A stretch of DNA of 64,000 nt, taken from assembly GCA_946407735.1 (NCBI GenBank), contig CAMJPL010000001.1, positions 88,182 through 152,181 on the forward strand, written 5' to 3'. Under the pieces are notes generated by a model, which saw only the letters and a program-made list of their open reading frames with translations, was not told the origin of the DNA and ran no database searches. Source of the DNA: an uncultured Clostridia bacterium. GTDB taxonomy: Bacteria; Bacillota; Clostridia; Oscillospirales; CAG-272. The position numbers and the translations under genes are program-made. Positions 17,858-27,366 of the stretch are shown here, one piece after another. Each line of letters opens with the position of its first letter. The stretch's first letter is position 1.

Positions 17858-19129
17858 ATGGTATATGTGAATGATTATCTGTGCGGGAGCGACAGCGAGA
17901 GCATCGAACGGGCGATGGCGGCGAGGGACAAAGACGGGATCGTGGTCTTTGCTCCGAGAGAGTCGGATTCGGATCCCGGGCGAAATTACTGGCTTATAGA
18001 CCGCGCGATACTTCTGCCGGAGAAGACGACCGTCATACTGAGAAACTGCGACATAAAGCTCTCCGACAGATGCCGCGACAATTTCTTCCGAACGGCGAAC
18101 TGCGGCTTCGGCTTCCCCTATCCGAAGCCGATAAGCGGAGTCCATATAAAAGGCGAAGGGTTCTGCCGCCTCATCGGCGCCGATCATCCGAGGGCGTCCG
18201 GCGATAGCTCGAAGACGCTTCACGCCGTCTGCCCGTTCACGCCGGAGGATCTCTGCCGGTACGCCGACTGGATCCCGGAGGAGCGCCGCTCTCCCGATAA
18301 GCTCGATTTCTGGGATCAGCACGATCACTCATACGGAACCGATGCTCTCGATCCGAATGAATCGCATTACGGCGACTGGCGGGGGATAGGCGTGCTTCTG
18401 GCAAACTGCACCGAGTTCTCGGTCGAGGGTATAAAGATCGTCGACTCCCACGGCTGGGGGATATCGCTTGAGGCCTGCTCTTACGGCGTCATAAGGGACA
18501 TTGAGTTCGACATGCGCATGTCGAAGACGATAGACGGCATGCTGTCGAATATGGAAAATCAGGACGGCATAGATATCCGAAACGGCTGCCATCATATCAC
18601 CGTGTCTGGGATAAGGGGCGAGACCGGCGACGATATGATCGCTCTCACCGCCATCGTGCCGGACAAAGAGACATATACTCCCGGCGGCTCGCTCAGATCG
18701 ACTCACGTCATGCACAACGACTGGACGCGCAGGGAGCGGGACATACACGATATCATCATCTGCGGCGTCGTCGGTCATTCGTATCTCTGCTTCCTTCTGC
18801 GCCTGCTCCCGGCAAACACGAGGATATACAATGTCGTGATAGACGGCCTGATCGACATTTCAAGGCCGATAGACCATCCTTACGGCGGGACGCTCCTTTT
18901 AGGAGACGGCGGCGGCTACGGAGAGAACCATCCCGAAAGCATGAGCGCGATATCAATAAGCAACGTCGTCTGCTCAAGCAACCGCGCCGTCTGCGTCGAG
19001 GGATATCTTAAGGATTCCTGCATATCGAACCTCATAAACAACAATCCCGCCTGCGAGGCGGTGAGCGTGTCGAGAGAGAACGGCATGGAGAACGTCATGC
19101 TGTCTAACATCGTGCAGAGAGGGAGATGA
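17858..19129 (+). CDS. glycoside hydrolase family 28-like parallel beta-helix protein
   Basis: The ATG at 17858 is preceded by AGAGGGGG. GH28-type motifs NQDGID and GDDMIAL are present. No signal peptide. Confidence 0.7.
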   Translation: MVYVNDYLCGSDSESIERAMAARDKDGIVVFAPRESDSDPGRNYWLIDRAILLPEKTTVILRNCDIKLSDRCRDNFFRTANCGFGFPYPKPISGVHIKGEGFCRLIGADHPRASGDSSKTLHAVCPFTPEDLCRYADWIPEERRSPDKLDFWDQHDHSYGTDALDPNESHYGDWRGIGVLLANCTEFSVEGIKIVDSHGWGISLEACSYGVIRDIEFDMRMSKTIDGMLSNMENQDGIDIRNGCHHITVSGIRGETGDDMIALTAIVPDKETYTPGGSLRSTHVMHNDWTRRERDIHDIIICGVVGHSYLCFLLRLLPANTRIYNVVIDGLIDISRPIDHPYGGTLLLGDGGGYGENHPESMSAISISNVVCSSNRAVCVEGYLKDSCISNLINNNPACEAVSVSRENGMENVMLSNIVQRGR

Positions 19130-19175
19130 GCGGGAACGGCTTCGCTCAGATCCTGCTTCATAACCGAATAATAAG

Positions 19176-19214
19176 CTCCGGCCCGGGATCATTCCGGGCC
19201 GGAGGTTCGTTTTT
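19176..19214. terminator. bidirectional terminator between convergent genes
   Basis: CTCCGGCCCGG-gatcatt-CCGGGCCGGAG followed by GTTCGTTTTT. Confidence 0.75.
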
Positions 19215-19449
19215 ATATCTTCCCGTCCTTTTCCGCAGACTCGATCAGCCGCGCGAAGTCCTTCGCGCTCCAGCCGCCGGTCGGCTTTTCATGCCCGACG
19301 GCGTTGAAGAAGCAGGTCGGGATCTCGCCGAGCCGAAGGTTCTTCGCCACGCACGGGGCGCAGCCGAGATCGTGGTTGACGGGATTCAGCGGACACGATG
19401 TGTCGCCGCAGGTGCAGAAGGGAACGGAAACCGTTTTTTTGTCAGCCAT
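19213..19449 (-). CDS. small Cys-rich protein (DUF6485-like)
   Basis: 78 aa with the pattern FCTCGDTSCP...GCAPCVAKNLRLGEIPTCFF. Its start overlaps the yfhO stop by 8 nt. Confidence 0.65.
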   Translation of the reverse strand: MADKKTVSVPFCTCGDTSCPLNPVNHDLGCAPCVAKNLRLGEIPTCFFNAVGHEKPTGGWSAKDFARLIESAEKDGKI

Positions 19450-22387
19450 TGTCTGCGTCCCCGTTCTCGTCAGACGAGCCGCCGTCCTGCGTCACGTCCT
19501 GTGAGGGGGCGTCATCCGGCTGTTCCGTCTGATCCGAAGGAACTGCGCTTTCCGCTGAGCCTTCGCCGTTTTCGGTCCGCACAGCCGGGACAAGCTCCGT
19601 CTTTCCGCCGTCGTCGTACATCTCATAACCGGCGTCGAAGACGGGATCCGGGATATAGCGGTGATTGTCGTGCCACAGCTTGTCGAACATCATCACCCCG
19701 ACGAGAAGCACGAGACCGACGGCGCAGAGCACGGTGCCGATCATTAGCGGCTTCTGCCGGTAAAGAAGCTCTATCGTATGACTTCCCTCGGTGATGCCAG
19801 CGGCGAGAAGCGCGTCGCCGGAGGTCTTGAACGTCTCTGCTCTTTCGCCGTCGATATAGACCTGCCATCCCTCATCGTACGGGATCGTGGTGTACAGGGT
19901 GGTGAGACCGCTGCCGGACGGGATGTCTATCGTACCGTAAAGACGCGTGTCGCTGAACTCGGTGATGTCCATCATCGCCTGACGCAGGCGGGGCATGATC
20001 TGCTTATAGAGCTCGGTGTCGAGATAGTAGAAGTATTTCGACGAGTTGGCGATGTAAAGCTCCTCTTTTTCAAGCTTGAGCGAGACGTAGACGTCCTCGC
20101 CCTCCTCGAACGCGCCTATCTTCTGGATGCAGTCGGTGTCGTTGCCGAGGATGTTGCCCTCCTTCGAGCCGCCGACGTAGATCGAGCATTCGCGCGGGTA
20201 ATCGGTCGGAACGAAGATATATATGTCGTTCTCGAGGCCGCCGCCCTTGATCCGCATGGCTATGCGGGCGTCCTGCTTGCCCGGCTCGGGGGAGTATTTC
20301 TTGTGGCCGGTGACGAAGCTTATGTCGCAGTTCTGGTAGTCTATGTCCTCCGCCTTGACGTAATGCCACACCTCGACGGTCTTTTCCTCGCCGAGCATGG
20401 CGGTTATCATCGCGTTCATCAGCTCGAACGGGTTTTCCGGCTCGTACAGGTCGAGTTCGCGTATATCGTCGCTGACGGCGGAGACGGGCTGGATGTAGTA
20501 CGGGTTTGAGTAGGCGTAGAGGTTGTTGTCGGTGTCGGAGTCTATCTCGTTATAAAATCTGTCGTCCTGCTGCTCCTCGAATACGATATATTTCAGTCCG
20601 AGAAGGGAATTTGACACCGGGGTGCCGCCGAGCGACTTCGACCAGTTCGATTTCGAGGCGTAGCCCATCTGATTGAGCAGCTTCACGACGGAGGTGTTCA
20701 TCAGCGAGGACGAGTTCGACAGACCGTTGTAGCCGAACGCCATCGGGTCGTTGGTCTTGCGGTGGAAGGTCTTCTCCATGCGGTAGAAGGAATCGTCCGA
20801 CGCGAGGATCCTGTTGAACAGAGGCGTGCAGCGGTCCATGTGGTTGACATATGTCGTGCGCGAGGTGTAGACGACGTCGGCGTCGAGAGATGTGGTGTTC
20901 AGCAGTCCGGCGCAGAACATCTCGAGCGACATGAATATGATTATCAGCGTCGAGGCCGATTTCACGGCGTCCTTTTTCGTCCCGTAAAGCGCTCCGAGCA
21001 GCGCCGCCCATATAATCAGGCATCCCGCCGATACCCATGTGAACTGGAGATCGTCGAGGAACTCGTAATCCAGCTTCTGTATGATGAAGGCGAGGATCAG
21101 CTCGGCCGCGGCGGCCGCGATGACGGTGTTCACCGGCACGCGCTTCTCGGCGTATGAGCTGAACGCCTTGTATCCGAGAAGTATGATGAAGAACACCAGC
21201 ATGAAGGAGTAGCGGTAGTTGAGCCAGTTCGGCTTCTGCAGCCCGTGCCAGAATATGTCGATGGTCGAGCCGTTGAAGCAGAAGGCGAAGAAGGCAAGGG
21301 CGATCCCGCCCCAGATCTTCTGCCTCTTCGGCACGTCGGGAGCCGTGAAGAAGACCGGCAGCATGATCAGCGACAGCGTCCCGCAGTAGACGAAGGGAAG
21401 TCCGGTCGGTCTCACCGTGTCGTACGAGCCGGGATAGAGCTTGACGATGAGGTCGAGGAAGTCGAACTGCTGCTTGAACGAGTAGTCTGGATTCGAGAAG
21501 GTGGTCTTGCCGAAGGTGAGGGCGTAATAGGTCGGGAGGATTATCACCGACGCTATCATCGCGGCGATGACGCTGAGTATGAACAGCCTGAGGAAGACGC
21601 GGGGGAAGTGCCCCTTCACCATCTCGGGGTTGCGCTCGTACTCGGAGCGGCTGAAATAGTAATAGACGCAGTAGAAGACCGTGAAGATGCACATCATGAA
21701 GCCGATGTAGAAGTTCACGATCATGGCGAGGGCGAGAGAGACGGTGTAAAGCGTGCAGTCGCGCCGCCTTATCATCCGCTCGATGCCGAGCACCAGCATC
21801 GGCAGGATTACAAGCTCGTCTATCCACATCGTGTTGTGCGCCTGCACGATGGCGTAGGCGCAGAGGGCGTACATCGTCGAGAAGGTAAGGATCCTCGACT
21901 TCTTCGTGTAGTGCGCCTGATGCAGATAGAGCGCCATCGAACCTCCGCAGCATCCGCATTTGATCAGGTGCAGCGCGAGAAGCGCCTCGGTGATGTGGAT
22001 CTTCGGGAATAGCGCCACGATGGCCGAGAACGGCGAGGCGATATAGTATGCGTATATGCCGAGCATCTCGCCGCCGAGCGAGCGCTCGAAGGTGTAGACC
22101 ATGCTCCTGCCGTGCAGTATTACGTTGCGCAGGTATTCAAAGAAGCTGACGTACTGGCCGTTGAGGTCGAGCACGAGCACTGAGTTGCCGCCGAACGGGT
22201 AGACTCCCATGGCTATGAATATCAGCCACATGAGGAGCATCGGCAGCATGAACGCGCCGATCAGATAACCGTATTCGGTGTCGGTGAAAAAGCCGCGGAT
22301 CCTTTTTAGGATCCCGGGACCTCTCTTTTTCTTTTTTTCTTCCTTTACTTCCGGCTCCGCGGCCGGGTTTGGGATCGCGTTGTCCAT
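19442..22387 (-). CDS. YfhO family polytopic membrane protein (putative glycosyltransferase)
   Basis: 981 aa. N-terminal ~450 aa has many TM helices, followed by a large extracytoplasmic domain, one more TM, and an acidic tail. Confidence 0.78.
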   Translation of the reverse strand: MDNAIPNPAAEPEVKEEKKKKRGPGILKRIRGFFTDTEYGYLIGAFMLPMLLMWLIFIAMGVYPFGGNSVLVLDLNGQYVSFFEYLRNVILHGRSMVYTFERSLGGEMLGIYAYYIASPFSAIVALFPKIHITEALLALHLIKCGCCGGSMALYLHQAHYTKKSRILTFSTMYALCAYAIVQAHNTMWIDELVILPMLVLGIERMIRRRDCTLYTVSLALAMIVNFYIGFMMCIFTVFYCVYYYFSRSEYERNPEMVKGHFPRVFLRLFILSVIAAMIASVIILPTYYALTFGKTTFSNPDYSFKQQFDFLDLIVKLYPGSYDTVRPTGLPFVYCGTLSLIMLPVFFTAPDVPKRQKIWGGIALAFFAFCFNGSTIDIFWHGLQKPNWLNYRYSFMLVFFIILLGYKAFSSYAEKRVPVNTVIAAAAAELILAFIIQKLDYEFLDDLQFTWVSAGCLIIWAALLGALYGTKKDAVKSASTLIIIFMSLEMFCAGLLNTTSLDADVVYTSRTTYVNHMDRCTPLFNRILASDDSFYRMEKTFHRKTNDPMAFGYNGLSNSSSLMNTSVVKLLNQMGYASKSNWSKSLGGTPVSNSLLGLKYIVFEEQQDDRFYNEIDSDTDNNLYAYSNPYYIQPVSAVSDDIRELDLYEPENPFELMNAMITAMLGEEKTVEVWHYVKAEDIDYQNCDISFVTGHKKYSPEPGKQDARIAMRIKGGGLENDIYIFVPTDYPRECSIYVGGSKEGNILGNDTDCIQKIGAFEEGEDVYVSLKLEKEELYIANSSKYFYYLDTELYKQIMPRLRQAMMDITEFSDTRLYGTIDIPSGSGLTTLYTTIPYDEGWQVYIDGERAETFKTSGDALLAAGITEGSHTIELLYRQKPLMIGTVLCAVGLVLLVGVMMFDKLWHDNHRYIPDPVFDAGYEMYDDGGKTELVPAVRTENGEGSAESAVPSDQTEQPDDAPSQDVTQDGGSSDENGDADNG

Positions 22388-22392
22388 ATTTC

Positions 22393-22647
22393 TTACTGTC
22401 CGGCGTCCGATGTGATGCGTTCCTTTTCCTTTTCCGCCGCGGCCGTCAGCTCCTGAGCCGGCACGCCGTTCACGCGCTTTATCGACTTCTCGAGCTTCAC
22501 CCTCGGCGTCATGACGTCACGGGAGCAGCCGGAGCATCTCATGCCGATGTCGGAGCCTATCCGCGTGACGGTGAAGCTGTCGCTTCCGCAGGGATGTTTT
22601 TTCTTCAATGTGAGCGTATCGCCCACCGCGATTGGTATTATCTTCAT
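22393..22647 (-). CDS. DUF951 family protein
   Basis: MKIIPIAVGDTLTLKKKHPCGSDSFTVTRIGSDIGMRCSGCSRDVMTPRVKLEKSIKRV matches the DUF951 pattern. The ORF-track start is 22665. Confidence 0.75.
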   Translation of the reverse strand: MKIIPIAVGDTLTLKKKHPCGSDSFTVTRIGSDIGMRCSGCSRDVMTPRVKLEKSIKRVNGVPAQELTAAAEKEKERITSDAGQ

Positions 22648-22724
22648 GGAGATAAAATCGGGCAAAAATGTTTCCGCCCCCGCGCCTGGCGCGGAGGATC
22701 AGCTTATTGTATCTGCCGGATAAT

Positions 22725-22753
22725 ATTATATCACTCCCGCACTCTTTTGTAAA
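22725..22753 (-). promoter_or_regulatory. sigma-70-type promoter of the DUF951-yfhO-DUF6485 unit
   Basis: Minus strand: TTTACA (22753-22748), 17 nt, TATAAT (22730-22725), with TGA before the -10. Confidence 0.5.
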
Positions 22754-22827
22754 CATGAATTTTATTAAATAGAGGAAAAATCCCGCCCCGGCATGGCGCC
22801 TGAGCGGGAAAAAGCGGCGGATCGGCT

Positions 22828-24150
22828 TTATTTCGCCGACATATCGCTCCCTATCGCGTAAAGATCGGCCTCGCAGAGCTCTATCTCCATCCTTCCGGTC
22901 TTCCCGGCAAGCCCGTCTGCGTGCATGCGGCGGGAAATGTCATTGCCGAAAAGCTCGTCGGAGGCATATATCTCTTCACCGTCATCTCCGACGATCTTCA
23001 CCTTCACATACCCGTAGGCCGACGTCGAGAAGTTGATATGGATGTCGTCGCTCTCGAAAGTCAGCTCCTTCGTCGTCATACGTCCGCCTCTGCCGTCTGC
23101 GTAAAGCGACATGAAGCGGAAGCGCGGCACGGCGTATGCGAAGATGCCGTCGTCGTCCCACATGTAATTCTGCTCGGTGTAGAAGATGAACCTGTCGTCT
23201 CTCTCGACGATCCCGCCGACGGCGATGAAGCATCTCTGCGTCCATTCGTGGCTGTAAAGCCCGCCGCGTATGAATCCGTCCTTTATCGGTCGGTCCCAGA
23301 CGTGACCGTCGCGGGAGGTCATGAGCACCATGTCGGAGACGCCGGAGCTGGGATAATCGCCGAGCGCCTTCCTCGTCTCCATGAAGCGCATCGGCATCGA
23401 GATCAGCATATGCCCGGCGCCCGGTATCGGACGGGCGGCGTTGGTGTAAAGATGCTCGCATATGCCTATGCCGGGATACTCGTTCGGTATCGTCGGGCCC
23501 CAGTGGATGAAGTCCTTCGACTCGGCCGACGAGATGCACCGCCAGCCGCTGTACCCGTCCCCCGACCATGTGCGGAAGTAGGCGCGGTAGACTCCGGCAT
23601 TCGTGTCATAGAACGCCATGTTCATCGAGTCGAAGATGCCGTCGGTTATGACCGGATCGTCCGCCATCAGCGTCCAGTGCATGCCGTCCGGGCTCGACCA
23701 CGCCCTCAGGCCGCCGGTGACCTGCAGGCCGCCGATGGCCTTGAATCTCTCATCCGGCCTGCAGTCGGGGTTCGTATCGAGGAACGGCGCGAAATTGTGG
23801 CAGTTTATGTCCATGCGGACGATGTTGTTTTCCTTTATGCCGTCGTAGTCGATCATGCCGACCTTCGCCCGCTCGAAATGTACGCCGTCACAGCTTACGG
23901 CGAGGCAGGACGTCTGCATGTCGTCGTAGTCGGTCTTGCCCTGACCCGGGAAGCCGCGGTAGTAGAGCATTACCTTTCCGCCGTCGTCGATACAGGACAG
24001 ACCGAGGCTGCCCTCGCCCTCCCATGGCTGATCGAACGGGATGACCATGCCGAGCTTTTCCGGCTTCTCATACCGGAATGACAGCCCATCCTTTTTGTCG
24101 ATAAGGTATCCGTCGGTAAAGAGCTCGACCCGTTTTCCGAAGCTGATCAT
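22828..24150 (-). CDS. beta-propeller glycoside-hydrolase-like protein
   Basis: GAAAGGA RBS precedes the ATG at 24150. Four S-x-DG-x-x-(W/F) Asp-box-like motifs (SCDGVHF, SPDGMHW, SKDFIHW, SRDGHVW). No signal peptide. The family assignment is uncertain. Confidence 0.6.
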   Translation of the reverse strand: MISFGKRVELFTDGYLIDKKDGLSFRYEKPEKLGMVIPFDQPWEGEGSLGLSCIDDGGKVMLYYRGFPGQGKTDYDDMQTSCLAVSCDGVHFERAKVGMIDYDGIKENNIVRMDINCHNFAPFLDTNPDCRPDERFKAIGGLQVTGGLRAWSSPDGMHWTLMADDPVITDGIFDSMNMAFYDTNAGVYRAYFRTWSGDGYSGWRCISSAESKDFIHWGPTIPNEYPGIGICEHLYTNAARPIPGAGHMLISMPMRFMETRKALGDYPSSGVSDMVLMTSRDGHVWDRPIKDGFIRGGLYSHEWTQRCFIAVGGIVERDDRFIFYTEQNYMWDDDGIFAYAVPRFRFMSLYADGRGGRMTTKELTFESDDIHINFSTSAYGYVKVKIVGDDGEEIYASDELFGNDISRRMHADGLAGKTGRMEIELCEADLYAIGSDMSAK

Positions 24151-24152
24151 GA

Positions 24153-25613
24153 TTACAGTCCTTTCACCGTCTCGATGAGAGCGTCTATCTTCTTCTGGAA
24201 TTTGTCGTGGTTTTTCGCCCATTTGGAGGCGTAGTTCTTGTCGGCTATGCTGTTTATTATATCCCCGATGTCGCGGCTGAATATGTACATGAAATCGGAC
24301 GCGCAGGTCCTGCCGATGATATCGAGCATCTCGACCGATTCCTCGTCGCGGGTGCTCTTGCGCTTGATGGCGGTCTCGAAGTACGCCGGCTTTACCGTCT
24401 GCTCGGAATAGTACTGCATCGCCTCGGTTATGACGGCCGACATCTCCTCGTTTTTAACATATGCCGGGATGCCGACGGCGTCGTTCACGGTCGGTGTGAT
24501 ATAGTCGCTCTGCGACTCGTCGTATTTCGGCGAGGGGATGATGCCGAAGTTCTCCATCTCGCGCATGATGTCCCATGTCGCGAAATCGAGACGGTGGATC
24601 ATGAACAGCGCCCCGCTGTTCGCGAAGAAGCTCTGTATCTTGGAATATACCTCATGTGAATCGGCTCCGGTGAACTTGTCCTGACCGAGATAGATATCGC
24701 TTTTTTCCAGATTCAGCAGTATGTCGTTGATCGAGATCAGCCTGTCGCCAATGTCTTTGAGCGTTATGGAACCGTCGGAGGTCTTTTCGGTGTAGAAATA
24801 GCCCATGGCGTTGACTTCCATCGCCATGTAGTCGTTTGTCGATACCAGTCCCACCCTGTCGTCGAGTCCGTATTTTCCGTTTCCGTCGAGATCGGTCACG
24901 ACGGCGGAGCCCATCTCGCTCAGCTTGTCGAAGGTCCATTTCCCGGCCTTTACGGTGTCGTACAGGTTCTCGAGATTGTAGTCGGCGACGAGGTTCTTGT
25001 TGAAGAATGTGACTATCGACCACGCCACGGTGTTGAGCCCGGCCGCCCCGGAGGCGAGATACTGCCTTCCGGCGACCTCGACCTGATCGTCGGCGTACTG
25101 ATACCACCATGGCTGGGAAAGGTCTATCTGAGAGTACTGATGAAGATCGCTCAGCAGTCCCGCCGAGATATGCGGCGAGACGTACGAGACCGATCCTATG
25201 AGCATATCGTAGTCGCCGCTGCCGCCCATGACGCTTCCCGAGAGCGCGGTCGAAACATCGGCCATACCTGCCGTATATCCGTTGAATATCCTGTAATTCA
25301 GCTTTATATTATAGTTTTCCTCAAGCAGGCGGTTGCGCTCGTAGACGGCGTCGTTTACGACGTCGCCTGTCTGCTCGGCGGTATAGAAGTTCTGCCACTG
25401 CTCGCAGGCGGCGAGAATGCTGAATTCGGCGCCGCCGAAATCCCCCTGCGATATCGGCGGCAGCGTCTCGGCTTCGGTCATTTCGGCCGCCGCTCCTTCC
25501 GGCTGCGATGACGGCGCGCCCTCCGTCTGTGCCGGAGCTGCGGATTCCCCTCCGCAGGCGGCTAGGGGCAGCGCAAGGCATATGGCGAGGATATAAGCCA
25601 ACAGTTTTTTCAT
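24153..25613 (-). CDS. ABC-type extracellular solute-binding lipoprotein (paralog 1)
   Basis: Lipobox LPLAACGG. ~480 aa and collinear with the adjacent paralog along its full length. Confidence 0.8.
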   Translation of the reverse strand: MKKLLAYILAICLALPLAACGGESAAPAQTEGAPSSQPEGAAAEMTEAETLPPISQGDFGGAEFSILAACEQWQNFYTAEQTGDVVNDAVYERNRLLEENYNIKLNYRIFNGYTAGMADVSTALSGSVMGGSGDYDMLIGSVSYVSPHISAGLLSDLHQYSQIDLSQPWWYQYADDQVEVAGRQYLASGAAGLNTVAWSIVTFFNKNLVADYNLENLYDTVKAGKWTFDKLSEMGSAVVTDLDGNGKYGLDDRVGLVSTNDYMAMEVNAMGYFYTEKTSDGSITLKDIGDRLISINDILLNLEKSDIYLGQDKFTGADSHEVYSKIQSFFANSGALFMIHRLDFATWDIMREMENFGIIPSPKYDESQSDYITPTVNDAVGIPAYVKNEEMSAVITEAMQYYSEQTVKPAYFETAIKRKSTRDEESVEMLDIIGRTCASDFMYIFSRDIGDIINSIADKNYASKWAKNHDKFQKKIDALIETVKGL

Positions 25614-25674
25614 GTTCGTCCCCCTTTCTTTGTACCTCTATTTTAAACTGATTTATCTCCTTCCGGGAGACGGA

Positions 25675-27123
25675 TCAGAAGCCCTTGACGGCTTCGACGA
25701 TCGTCTCTATCTGCGACTGCAGCTTGTCGTAGTTTTTCGCCCAGTTCGATGAGTAATCCTTGTCGCCGATGCTGTAAAGGATGTCGTCGATCTGAGTGGA
25801 GAAGAGGAACATGAAGTCGCAGGCCATCGTGCTGCCGATGATGTCGAGCATCTCGACCGAATCGTCGTCGCGGGTGCTCTTGCGCTTGAGCGCCATCTCG
25901 AAGTAGGCCGGCTTGACGGTGAGATTCGAGAAGTAGTTGAGTCCATTGAGGACCGTCGCCGACATCACGGGATCGTTCACATAGAACGGCACGCCGCAGG
26001 ATTCCGCCGCGACCGGCGTGATGTAGCTCTCCTGAGCCTCGTCGAATTTCGGCGACGGCAGGAGGCCGAAGTTCTCCATCTCGCGCATGGTGTCCTCCAT
26101 GGCGAGCATCAGCTTGTGGATGACGAACAGCGATCCGCCTCCCGCGAAGAAGGTCTGCATGTTGGCGAAGTCGGCGTAGGCGTCGGTGCCGCCGAGCTTT
26201 CTCGCCTCAAGGTAGAAGTCGCCTTCATAGAGGCCGAGGATTATGTCGTTCACCTTGAGCAGCTTGTCGTTGATGTCGCGGAGCCGGCGTCCGCCGTCGG
26301 AGGTCTTTTCGGTGTAGAAATAGTCCATGGCTCCGGCCTCGAGCGACATGAAGTCCCATGTCGAGACGATGCCGACGCGGTCGTGCTTGTTCAGCTTGCC
26401 GTTGCCGTCAAGATCGGCTGTGACGATCCCTCCCAGCTCAGCGGCCTTCGCGAAGGTCCATTTTCCGTCCTTTACTGTGTCGTAGAGGTTCTCGATATTG
26501 TAGTCGGCGGCTATGTTCTTGTTGAAGAAGGTGATGACCGATTCCGACTCGCCGAATACGGTCAGCGCGCCGGAGACGAGGTACTGCCTGCCGCAGAGCT
26601 CATACTGCTCGTTGACGAAGCCGTCGTACCACGGCCCGGCGAGGTTCACCTGCGGCATCTGGGCCAGATCGGCGTAAAGTCCCTCGGCGATATATCCGGT
26701 GATATAATATGCGCCTCCGGCGATCATGTCGTAGTCGCCGGTGCCGCTCATGACGCTCCCGGCGAGAGCGGTGTGGACCTTATCCATGCCGCCCATATTG
26801 CCGTCGAAGAGGATATAGTTGAGCTTTACGTTGTATTTCTCCTCGGTCATCATGTTGCGCTCGTAAACAGCGTCGTCTACAACGTCGCCGGTCTGCTCCG
26901 AGTCGTAGAACTCATGCCACTGCTCGACGGCGGCGAGTACGTTGAAATTCGTCCCGCCGAAATCGCCCGCCGGGATCTCCGGCTCGGTCTCGGCCGCGGT
27001 CGTCTCCGCCGGCGCTGTGTCGGGATCTCTGGCAGCGGACGGCGATCCGTTTTCACCGCCGCAGGCGGCGAGTGAGATCAGGAATGATGCGGCAAGCAGT
27101 GCCGAGGAAATCTTTTTTATCAT
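25675..27123 (-). CDS. ABC-type extracellular solute-binding lipoprotein (paralog 2)
   Basis: Lipobox LISLAACGG. Shared blocks with paralog 1 include GDYDM, FFNKN..ADYN.ENLYDTVK.GKWTF, REMENFG..PSPK.DE.Q and KRKSTRD..SVEMLDIIG. Confidence 0.8.
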   Translation of the reverse strand: MIKKISSALLAASFLISLAACGGENGSPSAARDPDTAPAETTAAETEPEIPAGDFGGTNFNVLAAVEQWHEFYDSEQTGDVVDDAVYERNMMTEEKYNVKLNYILFDGNMGGMDKVHTALAGSVMSGTGDYDMIAGGAYYITGYIAEGLYADLAQMPQVNLAGPWYDGFVNEQYELCGRQYLVSGALTVFGESESVITFFNKNIAADYNIENLYDTVKDGKWTFAKAAELGGIVTADLDGNGKLNKHDRVGIVSTWDFMSLEAGAMDYFYTEKTSDGGRRLRDINDKLLKVNDIILGLYEGDFYLEARKLGGTDAYADFANMQTFFAGGGSLFVIHKLMLAMEDTMREMENFGLLPSPKFDEAQESYITPVAAESCGVPFYVNDPVMSATVLNGLNYFSNLTVKPAYFEMALKRKSTRDDDSVEMLDIIGSTMACDFMFLFSTQIDDILYSIGDKDYSSNWAKNYDKLQSQIETIVEAVKGF

Positions 27124-27152
27124 AAATCAACACCTCCGGTGTCCCCGTTAAT

Positions 27153-27222
27153 ATATCCATGACGATATTATACCCCATTTCAAAACGTTTTTCAATATCC
27201 CGGATGAAATATCCATGACGAT
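27153..27222. promoter_or_regulatory. two 14-bp direct repeats ATATCCATGACGAT flanking the SBP promoter (candidate operator pair)
   Basis: Exact copies at 27153-27166 (abutting the -10) and 27209-27222 (13 bp upstream of the -35). Confidence 0.55.
27167..27195 (-). promoter_or_regulatory. sigma-70-type promoter of the SBP-SBP-hydrolase unit
   Basis: Minus strand: TTGAAA (27195-27190), 17 nt, TATAAT (27172-27167). Confidence 0.5.
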
Positions 27223-27287
27223 TTTTCCCGTCCGGCGGGAGAGTGATATTAAGCTATGGATTGAGAAGAATAATTTACAATCAGCAT

Positions 27288-27316
27288 TTGAAAGACGGCG
27301 GGATATATGATATAAT
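27288..27316 (+). promoter_or_regulatory. sigma-70-type promoter of ruvC
   Basis: TTGAAA (27288-27293), 17 nt, TATAAT (27311-27316), with TGA before the -10. Confidence 0.5.
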
Positions 27317-27366
27317 AATATAATAAACTGGATAAATATGCCCGCATGGGCAAAAACGGCGTCTAA

